Positions 1 to 10,550 of a DNA stretch of 64,000 nt are shown here, piece after piece. Source of the stretch: Porphyromonas cangingivalis. GTDB lineage: Bacteria; Bacteroidota; Bacteroidia; Bacteroidales; Paludibacteraceae. The stretch spans positions 23,214-87,213 of the forward strand of contig CAMDNO010000002.1 in NCBI GenBank assembly GCA_945902955.1, given 5' to 3'. Within the stretch, counting starts at the first letter, position 1, and each line of letters opens with the position of its first letter. The notes under the pieces were generated by a model, which saw only the letters and a list, made by a program, of their open reading frames with translations, was not told where the DNA came from and did no database searches. The position numbers and the translations under genes were made by a program.

Positions 1-122
1 GCTAAGTTTAGATCCTTTTCGGCAAGTTTTGTTGATTTTTTTATGGCCTTAACATTTAATTCGCCTTCGGCCAATGCACTCCATACAGCTCCTGCATTAA
101 TGCCAATTTTTTCGTTTAACAT
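1..122 (-). CDS. winged helix-turn-helix protein (DUF2582-like), 5' part only; runs off the window edge
   Basis: Manual translation MLNEKIGINAGAVWSALAEGELNVKAIKKSTKLAEKDLNLA; the IGxNAGxVW motif is typical of DUF2582; TATCTTTG promoter at 165-172 (-). Confidence 0.75.
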   Translation of the reverse strand, partial: MLNEKIGINAGAVWSALAEGELNVKAIKKSTKLAEKDLNL

Positions 123-363
123 AAAAGTGTAATTTTTTAAGTTGCTTTTTAAATTTTCTCACTGCAAAGATACGAAAAATATGTTATTAAACACAAATTT
201 TGAACCATATTCTAAAAAATCATCCAAATTACAATTAATTTGAGATTAAGAATTGAATTAACATGACATAGATATTACAAAATTGAATCAATATTTCAAT
301 AAAAGTAGACAAACAAATAAAATATAGAAATAAGCTAATTAAAGAAATATTTCTCTATTAGTT

Positions 364-395
364 TTTGATAGTATAAAAAAAATTTCGTACTTTTG
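364..395 (+). promoter_or_regulatory. Bacteroidetes sigma-A type promoter for pckA
   Basis: TTTG (364-367), 20-nt spacer, TACTTTTG (388-395) match the -33/-7 consensus. Confidence 0.7.
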
Positions 396-462
396 TAGTG
401 CCGAAAAAGGTATAAAATAAAAAGATAAATCAAATATATATTAATTCAATTAAACAAAAAAA

Positions 463-2058
463 ATGGCAAATTTGGATTTGAGCAAGTACGGCATTTCGGG
501 AAATTTCGAAGTCCTACACAACCCAACCTACGAAGAACTTTTTCAGGCTGAAATTGACCCTTCAAACGAAGGTTTTGAAAAAGGGGTATTAACCACAACA
601 GGTGCTGTATCAGTTGATACAGGCAAATTCACCGGACGATCTCCTAAGGATAAATTTTTTGTAAAAGATGCAGTAACTGATGAACATCTTTGGTGGGATG
701 GCGTTATTAATCGCCCAACAACATCTGAAGTTTTTGATCATTGCAAAGACTTGGTTACAAAACAACTTTCGACAGCAAAAAAAATCTATGTAGTTGATAC
801 CTTTTGCGGTACAAACGAAGATACACGTTTAAAAGTACGTTTTGTTATGGAAGTAGCTTGGCAAGCTCATTTTGTTACAAACATGTTTATCCGACCTTCA
901 CATTATGAATTGGCTAATTATGGAGAACCTGATTTCGTAACATTAAACGGTTCAAAAACAGTTAATCCAAATTGGAAAGAACAAGGTTTGAATTCTGAAG
1001 TATTTACATTGTTCAACCTAACAACCAAAATGCAAGTTATTGGTGGAACTTGGTATGGTGGTGAAATGAAAAAAGGAATTTTTGCCTTAATGAATTACTA
1101 TTTACCATTAAAAGGAATGGCTTCGATGCATTGTTCTGCTAACGTTGGTGCAGAAGGTGATGTAGCAATTTTCTTCGGATTATCTGGTACAGGGAAAACA
1201 ACTTTGTCGGCAGACCCAAAACGTTATTTAATAGGCGATGATGAGCATGGCTGGGATGATAATGGAGTATTTAACTACGAAGGTGGATGCTACGCTAAAG
1301 TTATTGATCTTGAAAAAGACAAAGAACCTGATATTTGGAGAGCTATTCGTCGTGATGCATTGTTGGAAAACGTAACAGTAGAAGAAAATGGAACACCTGA
1401 CTATACAGCAGCTGCTTCGAAAACAGAAAATACTCGTGTTTCATATCCAATTTATCACATTAACAAAATTGTTTCTCCTTCACGTGCAGGACATGCTAAG
1501 AAGATTATCTACTTGTCGGCTGATGCATTTGGGGTGTTGCCTCCAGTATCTATTTTGGACGAACAATCTGCACAGTATCACTTCCTTTCGGGCTTTACTT
1601 CAAAATTAGCCGGAACTGAACGTGGTATCACAGAACCAGTTCCATCTTTCTCTCCAGCTTTTGGTGAAGCTTTCTTAACTTTGCACCCTACCATGTATGC
1701 AAAAACATTGATTGGAAAAGCTAAAGAACATAACGCTAAAGTTTATTTAGTAAACACTGGTTGGAACGGAACAGGAAAACGCATTTCGTTGAAAAACACT
1801 CGCGCAATTATCGATGCAATTATTGATGGTTCAATCGAAAAAGCTGAAACAATCAAAGTTCCAATTTTGAACTTAGTTGCTCCAGCTGCTTTGAATAATG
1901 TTGACACTGAAATTCTTGATCCACGTAACACTTATGCTGAAGTTTCTGAATGGGAAGCAAAAGCAAAATCTCTTGCTGCTAAATACATCAAAAACTTTGA
2001 ACAATACTGTGACAATGATGATGCAAAAGCATTGATTCCTTCAGGTCCACAATTGTAA
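463..2058 (+). CDS. pckA: phosphoenolpyruvate carboxykinase (ATP)
   Basis: [29 protein letters not shown]-loop, [18 protein letters not shown] motifs. Confidence 0.98.
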   Translation: MANLDLSKYGISGNFEVLHNPTYEELFQAEIDPSNEGFEKGVLTTTGAVSVDTGKFTGRSPKDKFFVKDAVTDEHLWWDGVINRPTTSEVFDHCKDLVTKQLSTAKKIYVVDTFCGTNEDTRLKVRFVMEVAWQAHFVTNMFIRPSHYELANYGEPDFVTLNGSKTVNPNWKEQGLNSEVFTLFNLTTKMQVIGGTWYGGEMKKGIFALMNYYLPLKGMASMHCSANVGAEGDVAIFFGLSGTGKTTLSADPKRYLIGDDEHGWDDNGVFNYEGGCYAKVIDLEKDKEPDIWRAIRRDALLENVTVEENGTPDYTAAASKTENTRVSYPIYHINKIVSPSRAGHAKKIIYLSADAFGVLPPVSILDEQSAQYHFLSGFTSKLAGTERGITEPVPSFSPAFGEAFLTLHPTMYAKTLIGKAKEHNAKVYLVNTGWNGTGKRISLKNTRAIIDAIIDGSIEKAETIKVPILNLVAPAALNNVDTEILDPRNTYAEVSEWEAKAKSLAAKYIKNFEQYCDNDDAKALIPSGPQL

Positions 2059-2098
2059 GCAGATAATAAAAGTAATAGTTAATTACTTTTATCAAAAA

Positions 2099-2136
2099 AA
2101 ACGAGCTGTTCGGAAAAAATTTCGGACAGCTCGTTT
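2099..2136. terminator. bidirectional intrinsic terminator between pckA and the HAD gene
   Basis: AAACGAGCTGTTCGG...TTCGGACAGCTCGTTT hairpin between convergent genes. Confidence 0.8.
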
Positions 2137-2146
2137 GAATTTTATA

Positions 2147-2800
2147 TTACGAAATGATTAAATTGTATAATTCCTCAGTATCATTAACAAACGTTGTAGC
2201 TCCATTTTCCTCTAATTCCATTCGGGGACGAAACCCCCAAAGAACACCAACAAAATTTACTTTGGCATTATAAGCCGTAGAAACATCAACACCAGAATCT
2301 CCAACGTATAATACATCTGCCTTATCTACTCCCGCTGTTAAAATTATATCATTCAAAATAGTTGGATTTGGTTTAACTGGAATTCCACTGCGTTGACCAA
2401 AAATATTTACAAAGTTAATTTCAGGAAAAAATTTTTCAGTTAAATCTAAAGTTGCCTGATGCATTTTATTCGATGCCACTGCTAATTTAAAGTCGCCTTC
2501 TTGAAGTTTATACAGTAGATTTACAATGCCAGCGTATGGCTTTGTAAACAAATCAGAATTGCAGGAATAGTGCTTTAAAAACTCAAACTTCAACATAGAA
2601 ACATAATCGGTATTTCGTTGCTGTTCAGGAAGAGCACGCTCAAGCAATTTATTTACTCCATTACCTATAAATAAGCGATAATCATCTGTACTGTGAATAG
2701 GAAAATTATATAGCTCCAGAGCATAATTGACGCTATTAGCTAAATCTTCTAAAGTATCAAGCAAAGTTCCATCGAGATCAAATATAATAAGTTTAAACAT
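2147..2800 (-). CDS. HAD-family hydrolase (phosphoglycolate phosphatase-like)
   Basis: IFDLDGTLLDT motif I, VASNK, KPNP, YVGDSGVD motif IV. Confidence 0.9.
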   Translation of the reverse strand: MFKLIIFDLDGTLLDTLEDLANSVNYALELYNFPIHSTDDYRLFIGNGVNKLLERALPEQQRNTDYVSMLKFEFLKHYSCNSDLFTKPYAGIVNLLYKLQEGDFKLAVASNKMHQATLDLTEKFFPEINFVNIFGQRSGIPVKPNPTILNDIILTAGVDKADVLYVGDSGVDVSTAYNAKVNFVGVLWGFRPRMELEENGATTFVNDTEELYNLIIS

Positions 2801-2998
2801 AAAATTTAAAGAGTTTAATAATATAAAATTTTGTACATTGTTGAGTTTATATTAATCAAAACAAACAATTAATTTTGCAAAGGTACATCAATTGTACATA
2901 TTTTTTTGTATTTTTGTCGGCCTTGTTTTATCGATGGTTAATTTTGAAGTTAGTTTATTACATAATTATAAATATATACCAATCGTAAAATTAATATT

Positions 2999-3496
2999 AT
3001 GCCAAAAGTTTCAATTATTGCCGCAGTAGCCGACAATTACGCTATAGGGAAGTCAAATAAACTACCTTGGCACTTACCAGCCGATTTAAAGCATTTTAAA
3101 GCATTAACAACAGGTTCGGCAATTCTAATGGGAAAACGAACTTTTGAAAGTTTACCAAACGGACCACTTCCAAACAGAAAGAATATTGTTTTATCTTCGA
3201 TGTTTAACGAAGGTGTTCGAGAAGGTTATTTTGAAGCAAATTCCATTGATGATGCTTTGGAGCTATGTGATAATTCGGAAAATATATTTATTATAGGTGG
3301 GGGGGCTGTTTATAAACAGACAATGGATGTAGCTGATTACATGTATATTACTTGGGTCCACGCCAGTTTTGCAGCCGATGCATTTTTTCCTGAAATAGAT
3401 TTAAACAAATGGAAGGAAATAAGCAGAGAGGATTTTGAACCTGACGAAAACAATCAATATCCATATTCTTTTGTAAAATACGAAAAGTCAATATAA
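2999..3496 (+). CDS. folA: dihydrofolate reductase
   Basis: IGKSNKLPWHLPADLKHFK, MGKRTFES, LPNRKNIV, IIGGG, DAFFP. Confidence 0.97.
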   Translation: MPKVSIIAAVADNYAIGKSNKLPWHLPADLKHFKALTTGSAILMGKRTFESLPNGPLPNRKNIVLSSMFNEGVREGYFEANSIDDALELCDNSENIFIIGGGAVYKQTMDVADYMYITWVHASFAADAFFPEIDLNKWKEISREDFEPDENNQYPYSFVKYEKSI

Positions 3497-3547
3497 TACT
3501 CTTGAATTAAAATTCCAACACATCATAAATAAACAATCAACCTTAGT

Positions 3548-3600
3548 TTTATAAACCAAAACAGCCTAAGAAAATTTCTTAGGCTGTTTTGGTTTATAAA
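3548..3600. terminator. bidirectional terminator between folA and porN
   Basis: Perfect inverted repeat with 26-bp arms: TTTATAAACCAAAACAGCCTAAGAAA / TTTCTTAGGCTGTTTTGGTTTATAAA. Confidence 0.8.
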
Positions 3601-3611
3601 TTTATAGTGAA

Positions 3612-4565
3612 TTATTGCTCCCAAATATCTTGCTCAATATTCATCAATTCATATTCAATACGTTGTTGTTCACGTCTTAAACTAACAGGGTCGCTGTAAG
3701 TTTGTAGAAGCATTTTGTCGAACATATTACTATCACCCAAAAGATATGAATAGAACAAACGTTGAGTAAAGAAATCATCAAAAGTCATACGTTGGTTTTC
3801 ATTACCATTTGGTACAATCAACTCTTTAGCAATATAAGGACGAAGCTCATCATACAAAAACCAGCAAACAACCGAACTTTGGAAGTAATTCCAAATACTT
3901 TCATCGGTTTTAGCTATACCACCTAAATTCAATTTTGTAAGATTTATCTCATTTTTTGAATAATAAGGAGCGATGGCTATAATTTTTGAATACATTTTAG
4001 AATAATGCTTATTAAAAAAAACAATTTCCTGAATAATGTATTTCAAAGAATTTTTAGAATATGAACCATAAGCATACTCATTAATAATAGGTTTATTCGT
4101 AATTGGATCATTTTTAATCACAGAAGTTTTACGAATTTTCGCATCCGTAGAGTCCCAATCACAATCGATAAAAAAATCCGCAAATTTTTCTTTACAAATT
4201 GGTTCTTTATTCCATGCAGGCTGTATATCTTCATCCTTTTTTTCATACCCTTTTAAGGTGTCGTTAACTGTAGCTTCCAAAATAACACGTAATAAATTTT
4301 TATATTTCACTGTAGGAGTAACAGGGAAATATAATTGGCTATTCTGCTTCTCTCTCATATCTATTATTCTATAAATAATACGAGACCAAACAATATCATC
4401 ACGACGATGATTAACAATGGCAATAGTGTCAGACAGCGATTTCATTTCTTCAGCCTGAGACTGTACTTTACCTGATTTTTCGAAAAAAGGCAATGTCTCA
4501 TTTTGTGCGAACAAAGACGAAAAAGTAGCAATTATCAGACTTTGTATTAAAATAAATTTTCTCAT
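3612..4565 (-). CDS. porN: T9SS/gliding ring protein PorN/GldN
   Basis: Signal peptide, DIVWSRIIYRIIDMREKQNSQLYFP, MTFDDFF, C-terminal EQDIWE; last gene of the KLMN operon. Confidence 0.92.
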   Translation of the reverse strand: MRKFILIQSLIIATFSSLFAQNETLPFFEKSGKVQSQAEEMKSLSDTIAIVNHRRDDIVWSRIIYRIIDMREKQNSQLYFPVTPTVKYKNLLRVILEATVNDTLKGYEKKDEDIQPAWNKEPICKEKFADFFIDCDWDSTDAKIRKTSVIKNDPITNKPIINEYAYGSYSKNSLKYIIQEIVFFNKHYSKMYSKIIAIAPYYSKNEINLTKLNLGGIAKTDESIWNYFQSSVVCWFLYDELRPYIAKELIVPNGNENQRMTFDDFFTQRLFYSYLLGDSNMFDKMLLQTYSDPVSLRREQQRIEYELMNIEQDIWEQ

Positions 4566-4583
4566 TTTTAATCAATTAAATTA

Positions 4584-6113
4584 TTATCCAAGTTTTATAA
4601 TTATATTTCCTACATCTTGATTAACTCCATCGGGGCCACGTGCCACAATACTAGTAATAATTACTGTTTTCCCTTTTGTTAACCGTGAAATAAAGTTCCC
4701 ATCAATTTGAGGACCGACCACATTTTTAACAGGATATCCATCGGCTATCATAGTAAAAGAAATAATTTGAAAATTAGCTCTTACCAATTCATCTTTTCCA
4801 TAACTTGCTATAAGTGAACATGATCTAAGTTCATCTGGGGACATTATACCTTTTTGTTTTTGATTACCAGATTTATCAACTAAGTATGCAGTAGGTTTAG
4901 GTAGATTTTTAATCCTAAACTTGCCCGAACCCATTGCTTTGACAGTTTTGTCAATTTTAGCTGAAACAGAAATTGTCAACTCACCCTCGCTCATTGTTGA
5001 TATCTCATATCTTCCAGTGCCCTTTGGTACATACTTACCACCAGCAACATTTAATACAATGTTTTCGGGGGCTATTCCAGGAACTGAAACACTAAAATTA
5101 TTAACAATACCACGATACACAACATTTAAATCTGAATTAGATATTGTAGCTGAAGGTTGGCTTACCATATATTCCGATTTGAATTTATATGTTCGAGTGT
5201 TTCCATCATTTCCCTGCATGCGTATTTCGCCGGCATAGTTCTTCAATCCTATACTTGTAGCCGATGTTTCGTATATACCTTTAGCAATTCTACTTCCACC
5301 AATGTAATACTCAGGAGTAATTGTAGAATCGACAGCGGACAAAACAATACGTGCTTTATATTTATCACCAGTAAACACAAATCTCGACTCAGGGATAACC
5401 AATGCTTCAATTTTATTTACACGAAAATCAGATGCATCTGTTTGGCTTTTGAGGTATTGAACAAGTTCAGCTTCGGCCGAACGAATATCATTTTGATATT
5501 TAGTAAGCATGGTTACAACAGCAGAAACTGGCATCAACTCAAACATCGACAATTCCCAAGGTTGCTTCTCATTCGTTTTATCATTAACAACCGAATTTGT
5601 AGCAAATATTTCAGAATAAAGCTTTTGTTTGCTGGTATTACCATCATAAGCTTTAAAAATCTTATTTCTATAATCGTCTATTTTCGATTTCAATATTTTT
5701 CCATTTCCACCGGTAATAGCATAAATAGCAGCTGCATCTAAATTATCTCTACCTTTAATATCACGGGCTTTAGGGTCAGCTTCTTCTTTGTCTGCTATTT
5801 TAACAATCTGAACTTTAAAATTTTCAATATAATTAAACAAATCATTAGATTCCTTTTTAATATTGTTAGCTTTTGTAAGCCACTCTCCTACTTTTGTAGG
5901 ATTTTTTTTATACAAATCGTCAAAATCTACGTATAAGGCAGAGTTACGTTGTTCGGCCGACTCAATAGACGTATGCAGACTATTATCAACCTTCGTAAAA
6001 CCGTTTAATATATCGCTTGACACATTCAGAGCTAACATAGCAGTTAACACCAAATACATCATACCTATCATTTTTTGCCTCGGTGTTTCCGGACAATTTT
6101 TAGCTCCACTCAT
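4584..6113 (-). CDS. porM: T9SS motor protein PorM/GldM
   Basis: ETPRQKMIGMMYLVLTAMLALNVS N-terminal signature; NVVYRGIVNNFSVSVPG. Confidence 0.95.
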   Translation of the reverse strand: MSGAKNCPETPRQKMIGMMYLVLTAMLALNVSSDILNGFTKVDNSLHTSIESAEQRNSALYVDFDDLYKKNPTKVGEWLTKANNIKKESNDLFNYIENFKVQIVKIADKEEADPKARDIKGRDNLDAAAIYAITGGNGKILKSKIDDYRNKIFKAYDGNTSKQKLYSEIFATNSVVNDKTNEKQPWELSMFELMPVSAVVTMLTKYQNDIRSAEAELVQYLKSQTDASDFRVNKIEALVIPESRFVFTGDKYKARIVLSAVDSTITPEYYIGGSRIAKGIYETSATSIGLKNYAGEIRMQGNDGNTRTYKFKSEYMVSQPSATISNSDLNVVYRGIVNNFSVSVPGIAPENIVLNVAGGKYVPKGTGRYEISTMSEGELTISVSAKIDKTVKAMGSGKFRIKNLPKPTAYLVDKSGNQKQKGIMSPDELRSCSLIASYGKDELVRANFQIISFTMIADGYPVKNVVGPQIDGNFISRLTKGKTVIITSIVARGPDGVNQDVGNIIIKLG

Positions 6114-6146
6114 TCTGTGTCATATATTTTAATAATAAACAAATAG

Positions 6147-7019
6147 TTAGTTTAAAGCATTTAGCATATTTCCATATACTTGATTCAGATCTTTGACCTG
6201 AGATGCTAGCTTCTCAGTACCAACTTTAAACAAATTAGTCTGTGCAGCAGCCATTTCAGTAGTCGATTTTATTTTAGACATTTCAGCATTTAAAGCGTGT
6301 AAATTAACATCGAGTGTACGTAAATTTTCTGATTGTTTTGTTAGGCTATCCGATTGCGCTTGAACATTTCGAATTTGAATTTCGTATATTGAATTTATGG
6401 AGGATAAACTTTTATTTATATCATCAACTTTAGAAGCATAAACTTTTGTATTTTTATCGACACCTTCAATTCCTTCAGCTATATTTTTATAAGATGCTTC
6501 TAACTTTAGCGAAGCCGAATTTAGAACCTCTTGCGAACCAATGAATTTACCGGTTGCTTCAGAGGCAGAATCGATATTTTTCACCAAGTTTTCAGTTGAT
6601 TTAGCTACATTCGAAATAGTTGATAATTGATTTGCAGTATTTGATAAATTTTTTATTCCATCTGACAATTTTTTAACATCATCGTCGCTTATAGATTCAG
6701 AATAAGACAAACCTCCTTTAGAAGTAGAAGCAGCCGTTGCACCAACAGTACCTACATTAAGCTTATTACCACTTTCGAAATCATATATTTTACTCCAATC
6801 TACCTCAGCATGTGGCTTATCAAAAGCACCAAGTGCAAAAAGGATAGCTTCAATAGTCATACCCACTCCTAACATAGCTCCACCCCACGGCTCATGAAGT
6901 ATTTTACCCATAGCACCAATAATTACAACAGATGCTCCAAGACTATAAAAAATACCTACTACACGTTGTGTTTTAGGCGCGTGCCAAATTTTATCAAATT
7001 TTGATTGTTCTACAGACAT
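6147..7019 (-). CDS. porL: T9SS motor protein PorL/GldL
   Basis: Two N-terminal TM helices YSLGASVVIIGAMGKILH...TIEAILF (conserved Glu), coiled coil, C-terminal LNQVYGNMLNA. Confidence 0.95.
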   Translation of the reverse strand: MSVEQSKFDKIWHAPKTQRVVGIFYSLGASVVIIGAMGKILHEPWGGAMLGVGMTIEAILFALGAFDKPHAEVDWSKIYDFESGNKLNVGTVGATAASTSKGGLSYSESISDDDVKKLSDGIKNLSNTANQLSTISNVAKSTENLVKNIDSASEATGKFIGSQEVLNSASLKLEASYKNIAEGIEGVDKNTKVYASKVDDINKSLSSINSIYEIQIRNVQAQSDSLTKQSENLRTLDVNLHALNAEMSKIKSTTEMAAAQTNLFKVGTEKLASQVKDLNQVYGNMLNALN

Positions 7020-7067
7020 AATTTTTATATATTAAATTGCTAATTGATTATTTAAACTCTTAAATTA

Positions 7068-8480
7068 CTAATCTCCGTTAAATGAACGAACACAACGGAA
7101 ACCAATATATGGACGACTTTCGTATTGATACTCATAAGTTCGAACACCACATTGAAGGTAGTAACCTATGTCTTTCCAAGATCCACCTTTAACTACTTTA
7201 CGTTTTAAAACATTTGAGTCATCTTGTTTTGCACTATACTGAAAATTAGGGTTCATATCGGCAACAAGAGAGCTTTGAGCATTAATATAAGCCGTTGAAG
7301 TCCATTCGGAAACATTACCAGCCATATCAAAAAGACCATAATCGTTTGGCATAAACGAACCAACTTTCATTGTTGTAGCGCCTGTATCGTCGGTATAGCT
7401 ACCACGTGTAGGTTTGAAGTTGGCTAAATAACAACCTTTAGAGTCGCGTAAATAATTCCCGCCCCATGGATACATACCTAATCTACGACTTCCACGAGCA
7501 GCGTATTCCCATTCAGCTTCGGTAGGTAAGCGATAATCCTGTCCTCCAAAAGCATTTGAACTATTAAAGAAATCTGTGCGCCAATTACAAAATGCTTGAG
7601 CCTGTTCCCAAGTTACACCAACAACAGGGTAGTTAGCAAATCCGGGATGGGAAAAATACATTCTCATTTTGGGATCGTTATACGAATACTGGAAATCGCG
7701 AATCCACATCACAGTGTCGGGATAAATTTTAACTATTTTATTAGATATTAAATCCTTACGAGTTATAAGAGGACGGTTAATTGTTGAGTCAATAACATAT
7801 CCATATTCGTTAATATAAGAAGTATCTACACGAGCAATGGCACCTTTGGGATAAGCACCAGTGTTAACATTCAACTTATTACCAGCTAATGCAGCTTGAT
7901 CATAATTAATCCACTCGTATTTATACATTAATTTTCCAGGATCCAGCTGAGGTTTAGATGCCAAATCATTAGAACCTTGATAATTTAAAGATTTAAAAAT
8001 ACGTTGATAAACAGAATCTTTACTCATCCACGGAATTTTTACTCTCCAATTTAGACTAACGGTTTTTAATTGTTGAGGAGATAACTGATCTAAAGGAGTA
8101 TTTTTATCATTATATGTCGTATACTTTTGTCGTTCTTTGATATTAAGTGATTGATCCTCAATTAAACTACGCATTACCAGAGAATCGCGTACCCAAGTAA
8201 CAAACTGCTTGTACTCATCGTTTGTAATTTCAGATTCGTCCATCCAAAATGCATCAACTGTAACATTTATCGATTTATCCTTAACAACACTGAAAGGAGA
8301 TTGATCATTGGCACCCATCATAAATGATCCGCGTTTAATAAATACCATACCAAAAGGGTTTGCTTCAACAAAACCACTTTTAAGCATGTTTCGCTTCGAA
8401 ACACCCACAAGTTCTCCAATAGGTTTAGCGGCTATAATAATGATTGCCACTAAAGTTAAAATTATAAGACTTTTTTTCAT
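7068..8480 (-). CDS. porK: T9SS ring protein PorK/GldK (FGE-sulfatase fold)
   Basis: GELVGV, PFGMVFIKRGSFMMG, YPVVGVTW, RLPTEAEWEYAARG, GLFDMAGNVSEW, IGFRCV; ATG at 8480 preferred over the upstream TTG. Confidence 0.95.
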   Translation of the reverse strand: MKKSLIILTLVAIIIIAAKPIGELVGVSKRNMLKSGFVEANPFGMVFIKRGSFMMGANDQSPFSVVKDKSINVTVDAFWMDESEITNDEYKQFVTWVRDSLVMRSLIEDQSLNIKERQKYTTYNDKNTPLDQLSPQQLKTVSLNWRVKIPWMSKDSVYQRIFKSLNYQGSNDLASKPQLDPGKLMYKYEWINYDQAALAGNKLNVNTGAYPKGAIARVDTSYINEYGYVIDSTINRPLITRKDLISNKIVKIYPDTVMWIRDFQYSYNDPKMRMYFSHPGFANYPVVGVTWEQAQAFCNWRTDFFNSSNAFGGQDYRLPTEAEWEYAARGSRRLGMYPWGGNYLRDSKGCYLANFKPTRGSYTDDTGATTMKVGSFMPNDYGLFDMAGNVSEWTSTAYINAQSSLVADMNPNFQYSAKQDDSNVLKRKVVKGGSWKDIGYYLQCGVRTYEYQYESRPYIGFRCVRSFNGD

Positions 8481-8593
8481 TTGCAAATGTAATTAAAAAA
8501 AATGACTAAAATAAAATTTGTAACAAAAAATAAACTATAAAGTTCAAAATGCACTAAATAAAATTGAATAGAATACATTTTGACAAAAAAAGA

Positions 8594-9538
8594 CTATAAA
8601 TATCTTATACTTTTGTACTTTGAATTTTGTTTTGAAAAAACATATTCAAAACTGTAGGATAGTACAAATTCGTGTGAACCAAAGTTAGTTGTTATAAGCT
8701 TACTCGTTGACAAGTCGAACGAATACCCAATTGACAGTCCTGCATTAATATTAAGCCCTGCAAATAAAACAATTGTACTAAGAGGCCTAATTGTAATTCC
8801 ACCCCAAAACTTATTGTCGTATTCTAAACGTGAACTTAAATCGAATTGCCAACTATTAAAGTCCGATTTGACAAGCATGGTTGGTTTAAAACTATACTTA
8901 TTATCAAAGTAGAAATTATATCCACCAGTTAAATAAAGCGAACTTATTTGTTGAAATTCAGAATTCAAACCCCATTTTACAGTAGGTCTGTTAGTATGAA
9001 GATAAGAAACACCAGCATACCAAAGTTTTGTATTATACCAAAGTCCAAAACCTACATCAAGACTAAGACCTATTACGTTTGTTTGTGGAATTGCTTCATC
9101 GCCCGTAAAACTATAATATTCACTCGTGATATTATTCTGAGCAACACTATCGCCAGAAAAGCCCAAACTAACAAAACCTAATTCAGAACCAATACTAAAA
9201 ACACCATCGCCTAAATTTCTTTTGTAAGCATATTGTAAATGAGCAGATTGATTAGTAAACCAACCAATTTTATCATCAACAATACTGATTCCAATACCAC
9301 TTTTTCCATTTCCAACTCTAAGAGGTGAATTTATTGAAAAAGCAGTTGTAGAACCACCACCCGGCATGTTTATCATATTCAAACGATGCTGCCCAATAAC
9401 TTCAATTAAATTGCTTTGTCCCACCGCTGCAGGATTAAAAGCATTTGCATGAAACATGTATTGGCTTAGTTGAGCATCAAATTGTGAATAAACAGAACCG
9501 ACAAATAAGCTAAAAATACCAACTACTAATTTTTTCAT
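8594..9538 (-). CDS. porP: T9SS PorP/SprF family outer-membrane protein
   Basis: QFDAQLSQYMF...NPAAVG and GYSFD...GSHEF motifs; upstream of porK. Confidence 0.9.
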   Translation of the reverse strand: MKKLVVGIFSLFVGSVYSQFDAQLSQYMFHANAFNPAAVGQSNLIEVIGQHRLNMINMPGGGSTTAFSINSPLRVGNGKSGIGISIVDDKIGWFTNQSAHLQYAYKRNLGDGVFSIGSELGFVSLGFSGDSVAQNNITSEYYSFTGDEAIPQTNVIGLSLDVGFGLWYNTKLWYAGVSYLHTNRPTVKWGLNSEFQQISSLYLTGGYNFYFDNKYSFKPTMLVKSDFNSWQFDLSSRLEYDNKFWGGITIRPLSTIVLFAGLNINAGLSIGYSFDLSTSKLITTNFGSHEFVLSYSFEYVFSKQNSKYKSIRYL

Positions 9539-9678
9539 TCAATTATATGAACCGATTTTGTAAATACAATTCCATTAAATTTAAAAAAATTAAATGGTTA
9601 CTTTATCATAACTTCAAAATTTCTGAAAAATTGTATTTGTAGAAATTATTTTTAGATAATTTGATTCAAAATTTGCAC

Positions 9679-9900
9679 TTAATACTCCTCCTCGTTGAAA
9701 AAGAAATCTTCTTTACTAGGATAATCCGGCCAAATATCTTCAATACTTTCGTAAATTTCACCCTCATCTTCAATTTCCTGTAAATTTTCAATTACTTCGA
9801 GTGGAGCTCCCGATCGCATAGCATAATCGATCAATTCATCTTTGGTGGCAGGCCAAGGTGCATCTTCAATTTTTGAGGCTAATTCCAATGTCCAATACAT
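9679..9900 (-). CDS. DUF2795 family protein
   Basis: MYWTLELASKIEDAPWPATKDELIDYA, a conserved Bacteroidetes small protein. Confidence 0.9.
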   Translation of the reverse strand: MYWTLELASKIEDAPWPATKDELIDYAMRSGAPLEVIENLQEIEDEGEIYESIEDIWPDYPSKEDFFFNEEEY

Positions 9901-9965
9901 AATCAACTGTTAAATTAAAATAATTTGATAACTGCTCTATTTTCATGCAAAAATAGAAAATATTT

Positions 9966-10520
9966 TTATAAATCAACGTTTTTCCACAAAATTTCTTTTG
10001 CACCAATTTTCAAGGAGACATATCGCGCGAGTGTAAAAAAATAATCAGACAACCTGTTCGCATAAATAATTAATTGGTTATCAATACTATGTAAAATATC
10101 TAATTCAATAATTCTTCTTTCGGCACGGCGAGAAATTGTTCGACAAATATGACAAAAACTTCCTTCAATAGAGCCTCCAGGAAGAATAAAAGCAGTTAAT
10201 TCGGGCAATTCAGCATTCATTTTATCAATTTCTTCCTCAATTTTTAGAATATCATCACTCCTGATTATCGATTTTTTGCTAATTTGTGTAACAGATGTGT
10301 CGGTTGCGAGGTGCGAACCGATAACAAAAAGTTTATTTTGAATCGTTTCCAAAATCTCTTTTTGCTCACCAATTGAGTCGTAACACATAAGCATTCCGAT
10401 AAATGAATTTAATTCATCAACTGTTCCATACGCTTCAATTCTGACGTCGGATTTTGACACTCGCGTTCCACCAATTAATCCTGTTTCACCATTATCTCCT
10501 GTTTTTGTATATATCTTCAT
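9966..10520 (-). CDS. ATP:cob(I)alamin adenosyltransferase (PduO type)
   Basis: KIYTKTGDNGET, AYGTVDELNS, RRAERR, NRLSDYFF. Confidence 0.95.
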   Translation of the reverse strand: MKIYTKTGDNGETGLIGGTRVSKSDVRIEAYGTVDELNSFIGMLMCYDSIGEQKEILETIQNKLFVIGSHLATDTSVTQISKKSIIRSDDILKIEEEIDKMNAELPELTAFILPGGSIEGSFCHICRTISRRAERRIIELDILHSIDNQLIIYANRLSDYFFTLARYVSLKIGAKEILWKNVDL

Positions 10521-10550
10521 ATTTTTTAAAATAAAATGCTATTTAAATTT

